This document shows, piece after piece, positions 30,509 through 40,018 of a DNA stretch of 64,000 nucleotides. This stretch comes from Sedimentisphaerales bacterium. GTDB taxonomy: Bacteria > Planctomycetota > Phycisphaerae > Sedimentisphaerales > SM23-30. A program made the translations under genes and the position numbers. Position 1 is the stretch's first letter. The number at the start of each line of letters is the position of its first letter. The notes below the pieces were generated by a model that was given only the letters and a program-made list of their open reading frames with translations, did no database searches and was not told the origin of the DNA. Where the stretch lies: NCBI GenBank assembly GCA_963666285.1, contig OY762711.1; one strand, written 5' to 3'.

Positions 30509-30772
30509 ATGGATGAAGGTGCTGTATTAGATCTTGGCAGGCGAGTTTTGATACTTACACTGACGATCTCGTTTCCGATGCTGATAGTCGGGCTGGTTGT
30601 TGGTGTTACGATCTCGATCATCCAGGCGGTAACGCAGATCCAGGAAATGACGCTGACGTTTATTCCGAAGATATTCGCGATGTCGTTGGCATTGATATTT
30701 TTTATGCCCTGGATACTTAACCAGCTGACTAATTTTGCCTTGGAGATGTTTGGCCCGATGGCAGTGCCGTAG
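30509..30772 (+). CDS. fliQ: Export gate protein FliQ
   Basis: QAVTQIQEMTLTFIPK; ATG at 30509. Confidence 0.97.
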   Translation: MDEGAVLDLGRRVLILTLTISFPMLIVGLVVGVTISIIQAVTQIQEMTLTFIPKIFAMSLALIFFMPWILNQLTNFALEMFGPMAVP

Positions 30773-32200
30773 CCTTGCACCAGACCGCTGCGGAGGCAAC
30801 CAGACATAGTCTGGCTAGACCTTGCTTCGCTTGGTGACGAATTGAGATTGGAATGTTTAATGGGCGACTCATTCTGAGTCGCATAAGTTCAAAATACTTC
30901 GATATTCAGTTTTTCAAAGAGCAAAATTTATTTATTATTAAGACGTAATTTTCGTCGTTGTTAAGTTTTAGAGAGAGCTGATTTTTATTGGTTCTCTTTT
31001 TTTGTTAGCTCTCTACTATTGGATGGTATGTCGAAAGTGCGCTGATTTTTTGGGCGGGATGGTTGGTTTGGAAGTTTGTAAGGTGTTGGGAGTAAGCGGG
31101 ATAATAATTTTAAAGATTTTAGATTTTCGCGATTTGGTGGTTGTAAAAACGCGGTGATTTTTTCGAGAAAATCAGGGGCCAGGGATCTGGTTTCAGGTGT
31201 CAGGGAAGTGCTCGCTACCGCTCGCGGCTGATTGATGGGTGACGGGAGGTGTGCGGAAAGGTAACGGGTCAGCGCGGCGGGTGGACGGCGTTGAAAAGGG
31301 TAACGGATTTGAACGGAGGGGAATTGCGGGCCGCGGGCAGTATACGGAGGAACATCAAACAGGTACGGAAGCCCAAACACGGTGATGGAGCGGAGAAGCG
31401 GAAAACGCTTCTGAAGTATAAAGTATAAAAAATCAAGAGCTACCAGATAACAGCAGCGAGCGAGCAGCCAAGCTGCTAGAGATTAGAGCAGCTAAACAGC
31501 GGCGAGCAGCCAGCGGCCAGTGAAGAGGAAATACGTGCTTCGCACTCTGGCACATCATTGGATGAGTCCAATGATGTGAAGGTGTCGCTATGCGACCTGT
31601 TTTAAACGGGTTCGGCGAGGCTAATTGATTTATAAGTGAGAATGACGGGGTGAAAGAGGGGTAAAAAAACGGAATGAAATTGAAGAGTGCGGGGATGTTA
31701 TAACGGGTGCGGGAAGGATAACGGCGGGTTGGGGATTTTGCGGAAATTGGCGTAAGTTGTTATTTTTGGTTTGTGGGCAGACCAGATGCCGCGAAGCGGC
31801 ATCAAAGTGTAAAGGGTAAAATAAAAAGTGTAAAGGAGGTGTTCGCATTCGCGGACGGTTTGTTTTAAACGGCTAACGCCTAGCGACGGAGGTCGCTGGA
31901 TAGTTGATAGGTGAACAGCTAAATAGCAGTGAGCAATCAGCAATCAGCTGCGAGCTGTCAGGAAATACGTGCTGCGCGAACGGCCGAAGGTCGTTAGAGA
32001 TTAGAACAGATGACAGTGGAACAGTAGGAAGATAAAAACGTGCTGCGCACTAATGCAATGTTTGGTTGGCAAATGATATTGTTTGGGAGTAATATTTGGT
32101 TGCTCGCAGAGATCGCAAGGTTCGCAAAGTTAAAGATGTAAAAAATGTCAAGGATGTGTCCTGATTGACATCGGGACCATATTTAAAAGCTGACGTGGAA
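30773..32200. repeat. Non-coding cluster of short palindromes and reiterated motifs (REP/BIME-like)
   Basis: (GGA)AA(T/A)ACGTGCT(T/G)CGC at 31527, 31961 and 32034; TAGAGATTAGA(G/A)CAG at 31477 and 31995; TGTTTTAAACGG at 31598 and 31861; hairpins at 30864-82, 31551-78, 31584-96, 31785-803 and 31882-97. Confidence 0.7.
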
Positions 32201-32488
32201 GCGAGTTTATAGTGAAAAGTGGAGTTTGAGGGTGGGGAGGATTTGGGTATAATTTTTTTAAATTGAGTGTGAGGAAGTCTGGTGTTAGATGGCTGGCGTA
32301 AGTGGCGGAAGTATCGAAAGGTGTCGGAGGTTTTATTCTAAAAGTAGATTTTAGTCATGTTGTGCGGGAGTTTACCGGTATATTTTTGTTTCGTTATGCG
32401 TTCTGAATTTAGTAGAATAAAAGATGAGGTATTGGAGCAATTATACCAAGTGCCGGTTCCGGCATAAAATATTTGAAAGGTTCCTGCT

Positions 32489-34315
32489 ATGTTAATCTCC
32501 TGGGTAAAGAAATACTGGTGTGTGTTGTTTATTGTGTTGGTGCTGGTATTTGTTTCCGGTTTTGTCAATGCAGATTATGTGCCGGGTCATGTCCAGATAA
32601 CCTATTATGAAGGGCCGCGTACCTGTATAAAGTGCCATGAGAGCGAAGCGATGGAGATGTTGGATAGTGCACATTATCAGTGGTCGGGTGATACGCCGCA
32701 TGTGACGAATATATCCGGTAAGGCTGGTAAAGGAGATGTTGGTTTTAATACATATTGCGGTTCGGTGATAACCTCTCGGCGGCTAGCGTGCTGGTCGTGT
32801 CATGCCGGTTATGGTAAGACGCCGACGAATGAAATGACGCTGGGGCAGGTTAATAATATAGATTGCCTGGTATGTCATAGTGAGTCATATAAACGAAAAG
32901 CGGTGCCGCCGCATATGGAAGCAGATCTTAACCGGGACAGATATGTTGATATGACAGATTTCAGTCTAATGTCGATGGAGTGGCAGAACACCGGTTGCGA
33001 TGTGTTTACAGGGTGCAGTTATGCCGATCTGGCGGGTGACAGCAGAATAGATATAGTTGATCTGGGTTTGTTTGCGGCGGACTGGCTGGGCTGTACGGAT
33101 GTATCGGCAGGTTGTGATTATGAGTGGACGGAGAGTGTGACCTATACTGATTACCTGGGCGTAACGCGCAGTTGGGTGCTGCCGATCGAAAAAGAGAATG
33201 GCGATTTTGAATATGGCCCGGATGAAGATACGATGTCGGTTGGGATAGTTGAAGCGGCCCAGGGTGTGCATATGCCGACCCGCAGTACCTGTCTGAGCTG
33301 TCATGCATATGCAGCGGGCAGCGATTGCGGCAAGAGAGGCGACCTGGGGACGGGTTCGATTTCGCCGCCGTATAATGTTGATGTTCATATGTCGCCGGCG
33401 GGTGAGGATTTTGCATGCCAGAGATGCCATGAGACAGTAGGGCATAAGATGCTGGGCAGAGGCCTGGATCTGCGGCCGAGCGAACGTTCTGAGAAGATGA
33501 CCTGTTTGAGCGGCGGCTGTCATACATCTCGACCGCACGAAACTAATCAGCTGAATTATCATACTAGCAGAGTGGCATGTCAGACATGTCATATACCAAA
33601 ATTTGCTAAACTTAACAGTACGGAGATGGCACGCGATTGGGGTAACCCATATTGGGCACAGGGTATGTTCGGCGGCCAGGGCGGCTATAAGCCGGAAGAG
33701 ATTCGGGAGTCAAATGTTATGCCAACGTATAAGTGGTATGACGGCAGCAGTAAGGTTTATGCCTTGGGTCAGGTGCCGGCGCAGAATGCAGCCGGTCAGT
33801 ATGAGTTTGGTGTGCCGAACGGTGATGTGAGTTCTACCGGAGCCAGGATTTATCCGATGAAGGAGCATCTGTCAGAATCGGCAATGCATCTGGCGACGGG
33901 TGAGATAATTCCGCATTCGACGAGCGAATATTTCTTTACCGGCGATTTCGGTCGAGCGGTAGAAAAGGGCATGGAGCTGATGGGAATGGAAGGCGATTGG
34001 GAGCTGGTTTCGGTGCATACGTATCAAACGATTAATCATGGAGTTGAGCCGGATGATAATGCGTTGGCTTGCGGTCAGTGTCATAGCTCGTTGTCAGGCG
34101 GTCCGGTTCGGATGGACCTGGAGGGATTGGGGTATGTATTGAAGGACAGCCGGTCAACGGTGTGTTATCAATGTCATGGCAGCCAGGAGGCCAAACCGTT
34201 TAAGACCATACATGACATACATGTAAAGGATAAGAAATACGATTGTTCGTGGTGTCATGGCTTTAGCCGGCCGGAACGGAATTTGCTGGTGAGCCAGACT
34301 TCGCTAGAGCCATGA
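32489..34315 (+). CDS. Exported multiheme cytochrome c, octaheme tetrathionate reductase (Otr)-like, with dockerin insertion and two extra hemes
   Basis: Signal peptide; 9 CxxCH plus one CX4CH (CLSGGCH); Otr-like motifs CHAGYG, NIDCLVCH, DVHM and VACQTCHIP. Confidence 0.88.
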   Translation: MLISWVKKYWCVLFIVLVLVFVSGFVNADYVPGHVQITYYEGPRTCIKCHESEAMEMLDSAHYQWSGDTPHVTNISGKAGKGDVGFNTYCGSVITSRRLACWSCHAGYGKTPTNEMTLGQVNNIDCLVCHSESYKRKAVPPHMEADLNRDRYVDMTDFSLMSMEWQNTGCDVFTGCSYADLAGDSRIDIVDLGLFAADWLGCTDVSAGCDYEWTESVTYTDYLGVTRSWVLPIEKENGDFEYGPDEDTMSVGIVEAAQGVHMPTRSTCLSCHAYAAGSDCGKRGDLGTGSISPPYNVDVHMSPAGEDFACQRCHETVGHKMLGRGLDLRPSERSEKMTCLSGGCHTSRPHETNQLNYHTSRVACQTCHIPKFAKLNSTEMARDWGNPYWAQGMFGGQGGYKPEEIRESNVMPTYKWYDGSSKVYALGQVPAQNAAGQYEFGVPNGDVSSTGARIYPMKEHLSESAMHLATGEIIPHSTSEYFFTGDFGRAVEKGMELMGMEGDWELVSVHTYQTINHGVEPDDNALACGQCHSSLSGGPVRMDLEGLGYVLKDSRSTVCYQCHGSQEAKPFKTIHDIHVKDKKYDCSWCHGFSRPERNLLVSQTSLEP

Positions 34316-34401
34316 GATTAAAAAGTTTGGTAATGAGTGGTGTATTTTGAAATAAGAATAGCCTGGATACCGGCGTTATAAGTGGTAGTTTGGGATGTTA
34401 T

Positions 34402-34437
34402 AAAAAAAACCGCAGCTCGTAAAGAACTGCGGTTTTT
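34402..34437. terminator. Bidirectional intrinsic terminator (cytochrome/ppdK)
   Basis: aaaaaaaaccgcag-ctcgtaaagaa-ctgcggttttt. Confidence 0.85.
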
Positions 34438-34465
34438 GAATTTTAGATATCAGAAGCTAGTTTAA

Positions 34466-37168
34466 TTAGCCTTTGATAGCTGCCTGAGCAGCAGCCAGAC
34501 GTGCGATAGGCACGCGGAAAGGAGAACATGAAACGTAGTTCATGCCAGCCTTAGCACAGAACTCAACAGAAGCAGGATCGCCACCGTGTTCGCCACAGAT
34601 ACCGATCTTTAGTTTTGGAGAGGTCTTGCGGCCAAGATCGATACCGATCTTGACAAGTTTACCGATACCATCCTGGTCCAGAGACTGGAATGGATCAGCT
34701 TCGTATATGCCGAGCTTGGTGTATTCGCCGAGGAATTTACCAGCATCGTCACGGCTGAAGCCCATACCCATCTGGGTAAGGTCGTTAGTACCAAAGCTGA
34801 AGAATTCCGCTTCAGTAGCCACTTCGTCAGCAGTAAGAGCAGCACGAGGAACTTCGATCATAGTACCAACCATATAGTTCAGCTTGGTCTTCTTTTCTTT
34901 GAAGACAGCCTTGATTTCGTCGATCACGTGTTCTTTAACGAACTGCAATTCCTTAACAGTACCGATAAGAGGAATCATGATTTCAGGAACTACTTTCTTC
35001 TTGCCTTTGCTAGCAGCAATAGCAGCTTCCATGATAGCACGAGCCTGCATACGAGCGATTTCAGGATAAGTAACGCTCAGACGGCAGCCGCGATGACCTA
35101 GCATAGGGTTGAATTCGTGAAGTTCTTCAACCATAGCCTTAACCTGAGCAGGTTTAACCTTCAGGCGTTTAGCCATTTCAGCCTGGCTCTTAGCATCCTG
35201 AGGCAGGAATTCGTGTAGAGGCGGATCCAGCAGACGGATAGTAACCGGCAGACCAACCATAGCCTTGAACAGGCCTTCGAAATCTTTACGCTGGTAAGGA
35301 AGAAGTTTAGCAAGAGCGCCTTCGAACTTAGCCTTAGGATCTTTGAAAGCCGCCTGAAGTTTCTTCAGTTCAGCAGCATCTTCACAAACCGCGATTTCTT
35401 CTTTAAGAGCTTTGTAGTCTTCAGCAGCGAGGATCATCTGACGAACAGGCCAGATACGGTCGCCTTCGAAGAACATGTGCTCGGTACGGCAAAGGCCGAT
35501 ACCTTCAGCACCGAACTCGATAGCTTTCTTAGCATCCTGAGGAGTATCAGCATTTGTACGAACGTTGATCTTACGGAAGCCGTCAGCCCACTGCATGATA
35601 GTTTTGAAGTCACCGACAAGTTTAGGCTCAACAGTTTCGATCTGAGCAGCCATAACTTCACCGGTAGAACCGTCAAGAGAGATCCAGTCGCCTTCCTTGA
35701 TGGTTTTGCTGCCGATTTTCATGCTCTTGCCTTTGATAGCGATATCAGAAGCACCAGCTACACAGCAGCGACCCATACCACGAGCAACAACAGCTGCGTG
35801 AGAAGTCATACCGCCGCGCTGGGTCAGGATACCCTTGGCAGCATCCATACCGCCGATATCTTCCGGAGAAGTTTCGACACGGCACAGGATAACAACTTTG
35901 CCTTTTTTCTTCCAAGCTTCAGCATCTTCAGCAGTAAATACAGCCTGACCTACAGCAGCACCAGGAGAAGCAGGAAGGCCTTTACATACAACGTTTTTCT
36001 TGGCACCTGGCTTGAAAGATGGGTGAAGAAGCTGATCAAGCTGAGCAGGCTCAACGCGAGTAACAGCGACCTGCTTGTTGATCATTTTTTCTTTAACCAT
36101 GTCAACCGCAATCTTCAGAGCAGCAGCGGCAGTTCTCTTACCGTTACGAGTCTGAAGGATGTACATTTTACCCTGCTGGATAGTAAATTCGATATCCTGC
36201 ATGTCTTTGTAGTGTTTTTCCAGACGAGTCATAGTGTCTGTCAATTCTTTGTACATCTTAGCGTTTTTGCGTTTGAGCTGAGCCAGAGGCATAGGAGTAC
36301 GGATACCTGCAACCACGTCTTCGCCCTGAGCATTCATCAGGAATTCACCGTAGAATTCTTTCTTACCGGTGGAAGGGTTACGGGTAAAGCATACGCCAGT
36401 ACCACAGTCATCACCCATGTTACCGAATACCATAGACTGTACGTTAACAGCGGTACCGGCCAGGCCGCGAATATCGTTCATTTCACGATATTTAACAGCA
36501 CGTGGGATATTCCAGCTCTTGAATACCGCGTTGATAGCAGCTTCGAGCTGTTGTTTAGGATCACTTGGGAAAGGTTTGCCGATAACTTTTTTGTAAACAG
36601 CTTTGTAGCGGCTAACAAGTTCTGCCAGATCGTCAGCAGAGAGGTCGGTATCCTGAGCAGCTTTTTTCTGTTTCTTGAGTTTTTCGAGCTCAGCTTCGAA
36701 ATGCTCATGATGGCAACCCATAACTACATCACCGAACATGTCGATGAAGCGACGGTAGCTGTCCCAAGCGAAACGAGCATTGCCGGTTTTTTCGATGATA
36801 CCCTTAACCACAGTGTCGTTAAGACCCAGGTTAAGAACGGTATCCATCATACCAGGCATAGAAACAGCCGCACCAGATCTAACAGAAACCAGCAGCGGCT
36901 TTTCAGGATTACCAAATTCAAGGCCCATAGCCTTTTCCAGTTTGGCCAGGTTTTCGTCAACCTGTTTTTTGAGGCCGGTCGGCCATTTTTTTCCGGCTTT
37001 GTAGAAGGCGTCACAAGTTTCAGTTGTGATTGTGAAACCACCAGGAACAGAAACGCCGATATTGGTCATTTCCGCGAGGTTGGCGCCTTTACCGCCGAGT
37101 AACATTTTCATGTCGGCTTTACCTTCAGCTTTTTTGTTGCCGAAGAAATATACCATTTTTTTGCTCAT
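34466..37168 (-). CDS. ppdK: Pyruvate, phosphate dikinase
   Basis: LGGKGANLAEM, SVRSGA..SMPGMMDT, GGMTSHAAVVARG, GLCRTEHMF, GICGEHGG. Confidence 0.99.
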   Translation of the reverse strand: MSKKMVYFFGNKKAEGKADMKMLLGGKGANLAEMTNIGVSVPGGFTITTETCDAFYKAGKKWPTGLKKQVDENLAKLEKAMGLEFGNPEKPLLVSVRSGAAVSMPGMMDTVLNLGLNDTVVKGIIEKTGNARFAWDSYRRFIDMFGDVVMGCHHEHFEAELEKLKKQKKAAQDTDLSADDLAELVSRYKAVYKKVIGKPFPSDPKQQLEAAINAVFKSWNIPRAVKYREMNDIRGLAGTAVNVQSMVFGNMGDDCGTGVCFTRNPSTGKKEFYGEFLMNAQGEDVVAGIRTPMPLAQLKRKNAKMYKELTDTMTRLEKHYKDMQDIEFTIQQGKMYILQTRNGKRTAAAALKIAVDMVKEKMINKQVAVTRVEPAQLDQLLHPSFKPGAKKNVVCKGLPASPGAAVGQAVFTAEDAEAWKKKGKVVILCRVETSPEDIGGMDAAKGILTQRGGMTSHAAVVARGMGRCCVAGASDIAIKGKSMKIGSKTIKEGDWISLDGSTGEVMAAQIETVEPKLVGDFKTIMQWADGFRKINVRTNADTPQDAKKAIEFGAEGIGLCRTEHMFFEGDRIWPVRQMILAAEDYKALKEEIAVCEDAAELKKLQAAFKDPKAKFEGALAKLLPYQRKDFEGLFKAMVGLPVTIRLLDPPLHEFLPQDAKSQAEMAKRLKVKPAQVKAMVEELHEFNPMLGHRGCRLSVTYPEIARMQARAIMEAAIAASKGKKKVVPEIMIPLIGTVKELQFVKEHVIDEIKAVFKEKKTKLNYMVGTMIEVPRAALTADEVATEAEFFSFGTNDLTQMGMGFSRDDAGKFLGEYTKLGIYEADPFQSLDQDGIGKLVKIGIDLGRKTSPKLKIGICGEHGGDPASVEFCAKAGMNYVSCSPFRVPIARLAAAQAAIKG

Positions 37169-37515
37169 AATAAGCTCTCCTTGAAATTATAGCCTTTTGT
37201 TCTATTCTGCACACATGTGCCGCCTCAACTGTTGTAGTTATTAAAGAGGCAACTTTATATTACGACACTTGCTTATCGGCTAGCATAAGCAAGCAGCTTA
37301 GTTCAATTATTCCGCATGATTAATTTTATTTGGCAGGCAAGCCCCGATAACCCAGTGGCTGGATGTTCTCTTCAAGGCCGTTGGCCCGAATCTCGTTTTG
37401 CGGATCTCTTTTTGTCTCTCTCTTTTCACCGGACTTGCCGGAAAAAACTCTATTCAATCTTGCGATTGCCGAGTTTAAAGCTTCAGTGTCGGACTACACT
37501 AGAAGCTGGAATGAA

Positions 37516-37544
37516 ATGATAAGGAGATTGCAGGTGGGTGTCAA
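37516..37544 (-). promoter_or_regulatory. Sigma70-type promoter about 340 nt upstream of ppdK
   Basis: Minus strand TTGACA-N17-TATCAT. Confidence 0.7.
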
Positions 37545-38274
37545 CCATAATCATGGCTTTTTTAGCTAAAAAAATGCAGTTTTCGTCGGTTTAGGGTATT
37601 TTTATCAAGTGCATTTTGATAGTAATTTATTTTAGCTGAATTCGACAGGTGGAGATAGCGGTTCAGAGAAAAAATAATTGTGCCGGGTTTGAATTAAGGC
37701 TGTAGAAAATTTGAAAGGAATCGCTGATGTTTTGGTTTCTGAGAATTAATTGACTGACAATCTGAAAATTTAACGGCAGGTTCAGGTTCTGATAATGTGC
37801 AATGAAAATAATTTCAGAAAAAAACAGATATGTAGAAAAAAGTCGTTATCCGGACTGCTGAAAAAGCCGGTATGTGAGTAAAAAGCCGAGAAAGTAATAT
37901 TAAGGCAAACTCTGAAAATTCATTTTGAGTGACTAGTTTTTCTTTTACCTGCTGACATGCGTCATTTAAAACAGTGAATATAGCCTAATATGCACGATTT
38001 ATATTCTTGTCAGCAACCAAAATCTTAAACTATCGCATCAAAAGCAATTCCAATAGGCCACCTTAAGTTATATTTTGTGTTATCATGGTTATGCCTGATT
38101 ATTTAGTCTGATAATGGCATTAATGTGTGTTGTTTTCTTTATTTGCGTTGGCAGCCTGGCTTTTTTTGGGAAGGTTGGTGGATGCTGGAGAAGAATTAGC
38201 GATGCCTGAGGGTATTGGGGTAGATTATGGCCAGTAATTATGATGAAATGTTAGGTTTAAGGATAAAGGGCAGG

Positions 38275-38327
38275 AAAAAAATATCAAAGCCGTTCCCCAA
38301 TCAGCCCCTGAGACCGGCTTTGATATT
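38275..38327 (-). terminator. Intrinsic terminator
   Basis: aatatcaaagccg...cggctttgatatt with an A-run on the + strand (U-tract on -). Confidence 0.7.
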
Positions 38328-38340
38328 AATCCGTTGTTTC

Positions 38341-38928
38341 TTAGTAGTCGAACCACTGGTTGTTATTTACCAGTTCCTGTGCAATTTTGTTGTTTCTTGG
38401 CATATAGAAAATTAGAATTTCTGTGCCGGAATCGAAATGGAATGAGTGATTAAGGTTGCTGGCATAATACAGGCATTGTTTTGGTTTGACCTCGTGTTCT
38501 TCATTTTCTATAGTGACAACTGTGCGTCCCTTGGTAACGAAGAGGATTTCATAGCAAGGGTAATGAAATAATCCTTGTTTATTGAGTTTAATGGTAGTTT
38601 CTTCCTCGTAGTTTTTTCGAATAAATATCAAATCGTTCAATTCAATCATGTGTCCGATGTCTTCGGGAGTAACTTTTAGCCTGACAGGCTCACTTTTGAT
38701 GATCTTTGGCTGAGTTTTTTGAGCTATATCAAATAGGTCGGTAGGTGAAACCCCGAAACTGTCTGCCAGGGCAAGCAATGATGATACAGATGGGACAGCT
38801 TTGTTAAGTTCAATGTCTGAAATTGTTCTTACAGAGAGCCCGGTTTTATTTGAGAGTGCGTCTAAAGTCAGCCCCCGGGCATTTCTTAGTGTTTTTACGA
38901 TAGTAAAGTTATAATCACTTTTTGCCAT
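38341..38928 (-). CDS. XRE-family HTH plus cupin regulator (paralog 1)
   Basis: LRNARGLTLDALSNKTGLSVRTISDIELNKAVPS and a C-terminal cupin. ATG at 38928 preferred. Confidence 0.88.
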   Translation of the reverse strand: MAKSDYNFTIVKTLRNARGLTLDALSNKTGLSVRTISDIELNKAVPSVSSLLALADSFGVSPTDLFDIAQKTQPKIIKSEPVRLKVTPEDIGHMIELNDLIFIRKNYEEETTIKLNKQGLFHYPCYEILFVTKGRTVVTIENEEHEVKPKQCLYYASNLNHSFHFDSGTEILIFYMPRNNKIAQELVNNNQWFDY

Positions 38929-39356
38929 GTCATGATTTCCTGTTGCTATTACTTCTGATCGAATGTGCGTTTTAGTATTTGGCAAATACTAAAACTGTTA
39001 AATAGTGTATTTTAATAATTTTAACTGAATGATTATAGACATAAAAATCTGTCAAAACCTAAGAAAAAATAAAAATATTAAAGATAAGTTCGATGTTTTT
39101 AACATTTAGTTGCAATTTTAATATTGGCCCAGATAAGGACATTCGACGACATGTATTTATGTAAGTCATTTTATTTTTAGCAATTAGATTGGCAAAGGCA
39201 AGCTAAAGCTGTTGGCCCAATACCTGCTAATAATTGTAGGTATTAGTTAAAAAGATTAGCAATAGTCTGCCTGTTAAAACATACCATTTAATTTTTTCGG
39301 TAAATCGGTACTGGTCTCTTTAATAATAAGCATAAGTTGTTTTTTGTATAAAATAA

Positions 39357-39389
39357 TAAAAAAAGCCCGCCGGAGAACCAGGCGGGCTT
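39357..39389 (-). terminator. Intrinsic terminator
   Basis: aaaaaaagcccgcc-ggagaacca-ggcgggctt. Confidence 0.8.
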
Positions 39390-39421
39390 GGAATTTTACA
39401 AATTTTTAGGAGTAAAGATTT

Positions 39422-40018
39422 TTACTGTTTAGCGAAAAAGAAATCAATTTCTCTAGATGCCAGCTCGCTGGCAATATTATTTTCTCTGGGAAGGTACAGG
39501 ATAACGATTTCGCTTTCTTCCATAGATCTATAGGAGTGCTTTAAATTGCTGTCAAAAAGAATTCCTTCTTTGTCACTTATGACATATTCTTTATCGTCAA
39601 TGTTTAAAGCCAGCTTTCCGCGTAGGATATAACAGAACTCACGGCATGGGTAATGTCGATCGCTTTTGTTGGTATAGGGTTCTATAACCTTTCCTTCTTC
39701 GAGTTTTGAAGTTAATATCTTCAATTCTCCGATAGATGCAACGTCAAAATTGTCGTTAGGAGCGGCGCTTATACCTGTTTGTTCGCTATTGATAAGCACA
39801 GGTGAATTTTTCTGAGCATAATCAAAAAGTTCAGTAGAAGAAACTTTAAGTGCTTGTGCCAGGGTGGATATTGTAGGAAGAGATGGGATTGTCTTATTCA
39901 GCTCAATGTCTGATATTGTTCTAATGGAAATTCCTGCCCTCTGTGACAGCATTTCCAGAGTTAATCCTCTGCGTTTTCTAAGTGTTTTTATGATAGAGAA
40001 GTCAAACATATTTTTCAT
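39422..40018 (-). CDS. XRE-family HTH plus cupin regulator (paralog 2)
   Basis: LRKRRGLTLEMLSQRAGISIRTISDIELNKTIPS...EFCYILRGKL..FDSNLKHSY. Confidence 0.9.
   Translation of the reverse strand: MKNMFDFSIIKTLRKRRGLTLEMLSQRAGISIRTISDIELNKTIPSLPTISTLAQALKVSSTELFDYAQKNSPVLINSEQTGISAAPNDNFDVASIGELKILTSKLEEGKVIEPYTNKSDRHYPCREFCYILRGKLALNIDDKEYVISDKEGILFDSNLKHSYRSMEESEIVILYLPRENNIASELASREIDFFFAKQ

Noticed and set aside
30985..31943. Short minus-strand ORFs in the repeat field
   Set aside because: Pro/Ser-rich composition simply mirrors the G/T skew; no RBS or family motifs.
31440..32060. CRISPR array
   Set aside because: Repeats are short, of several types and irregularly spaced; no cas genes.
35477..37102. 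541-aa + strand ORF
   Set aside because: Antisense shadow of the codon-biased ppdK gene, with no protein-like motifs.
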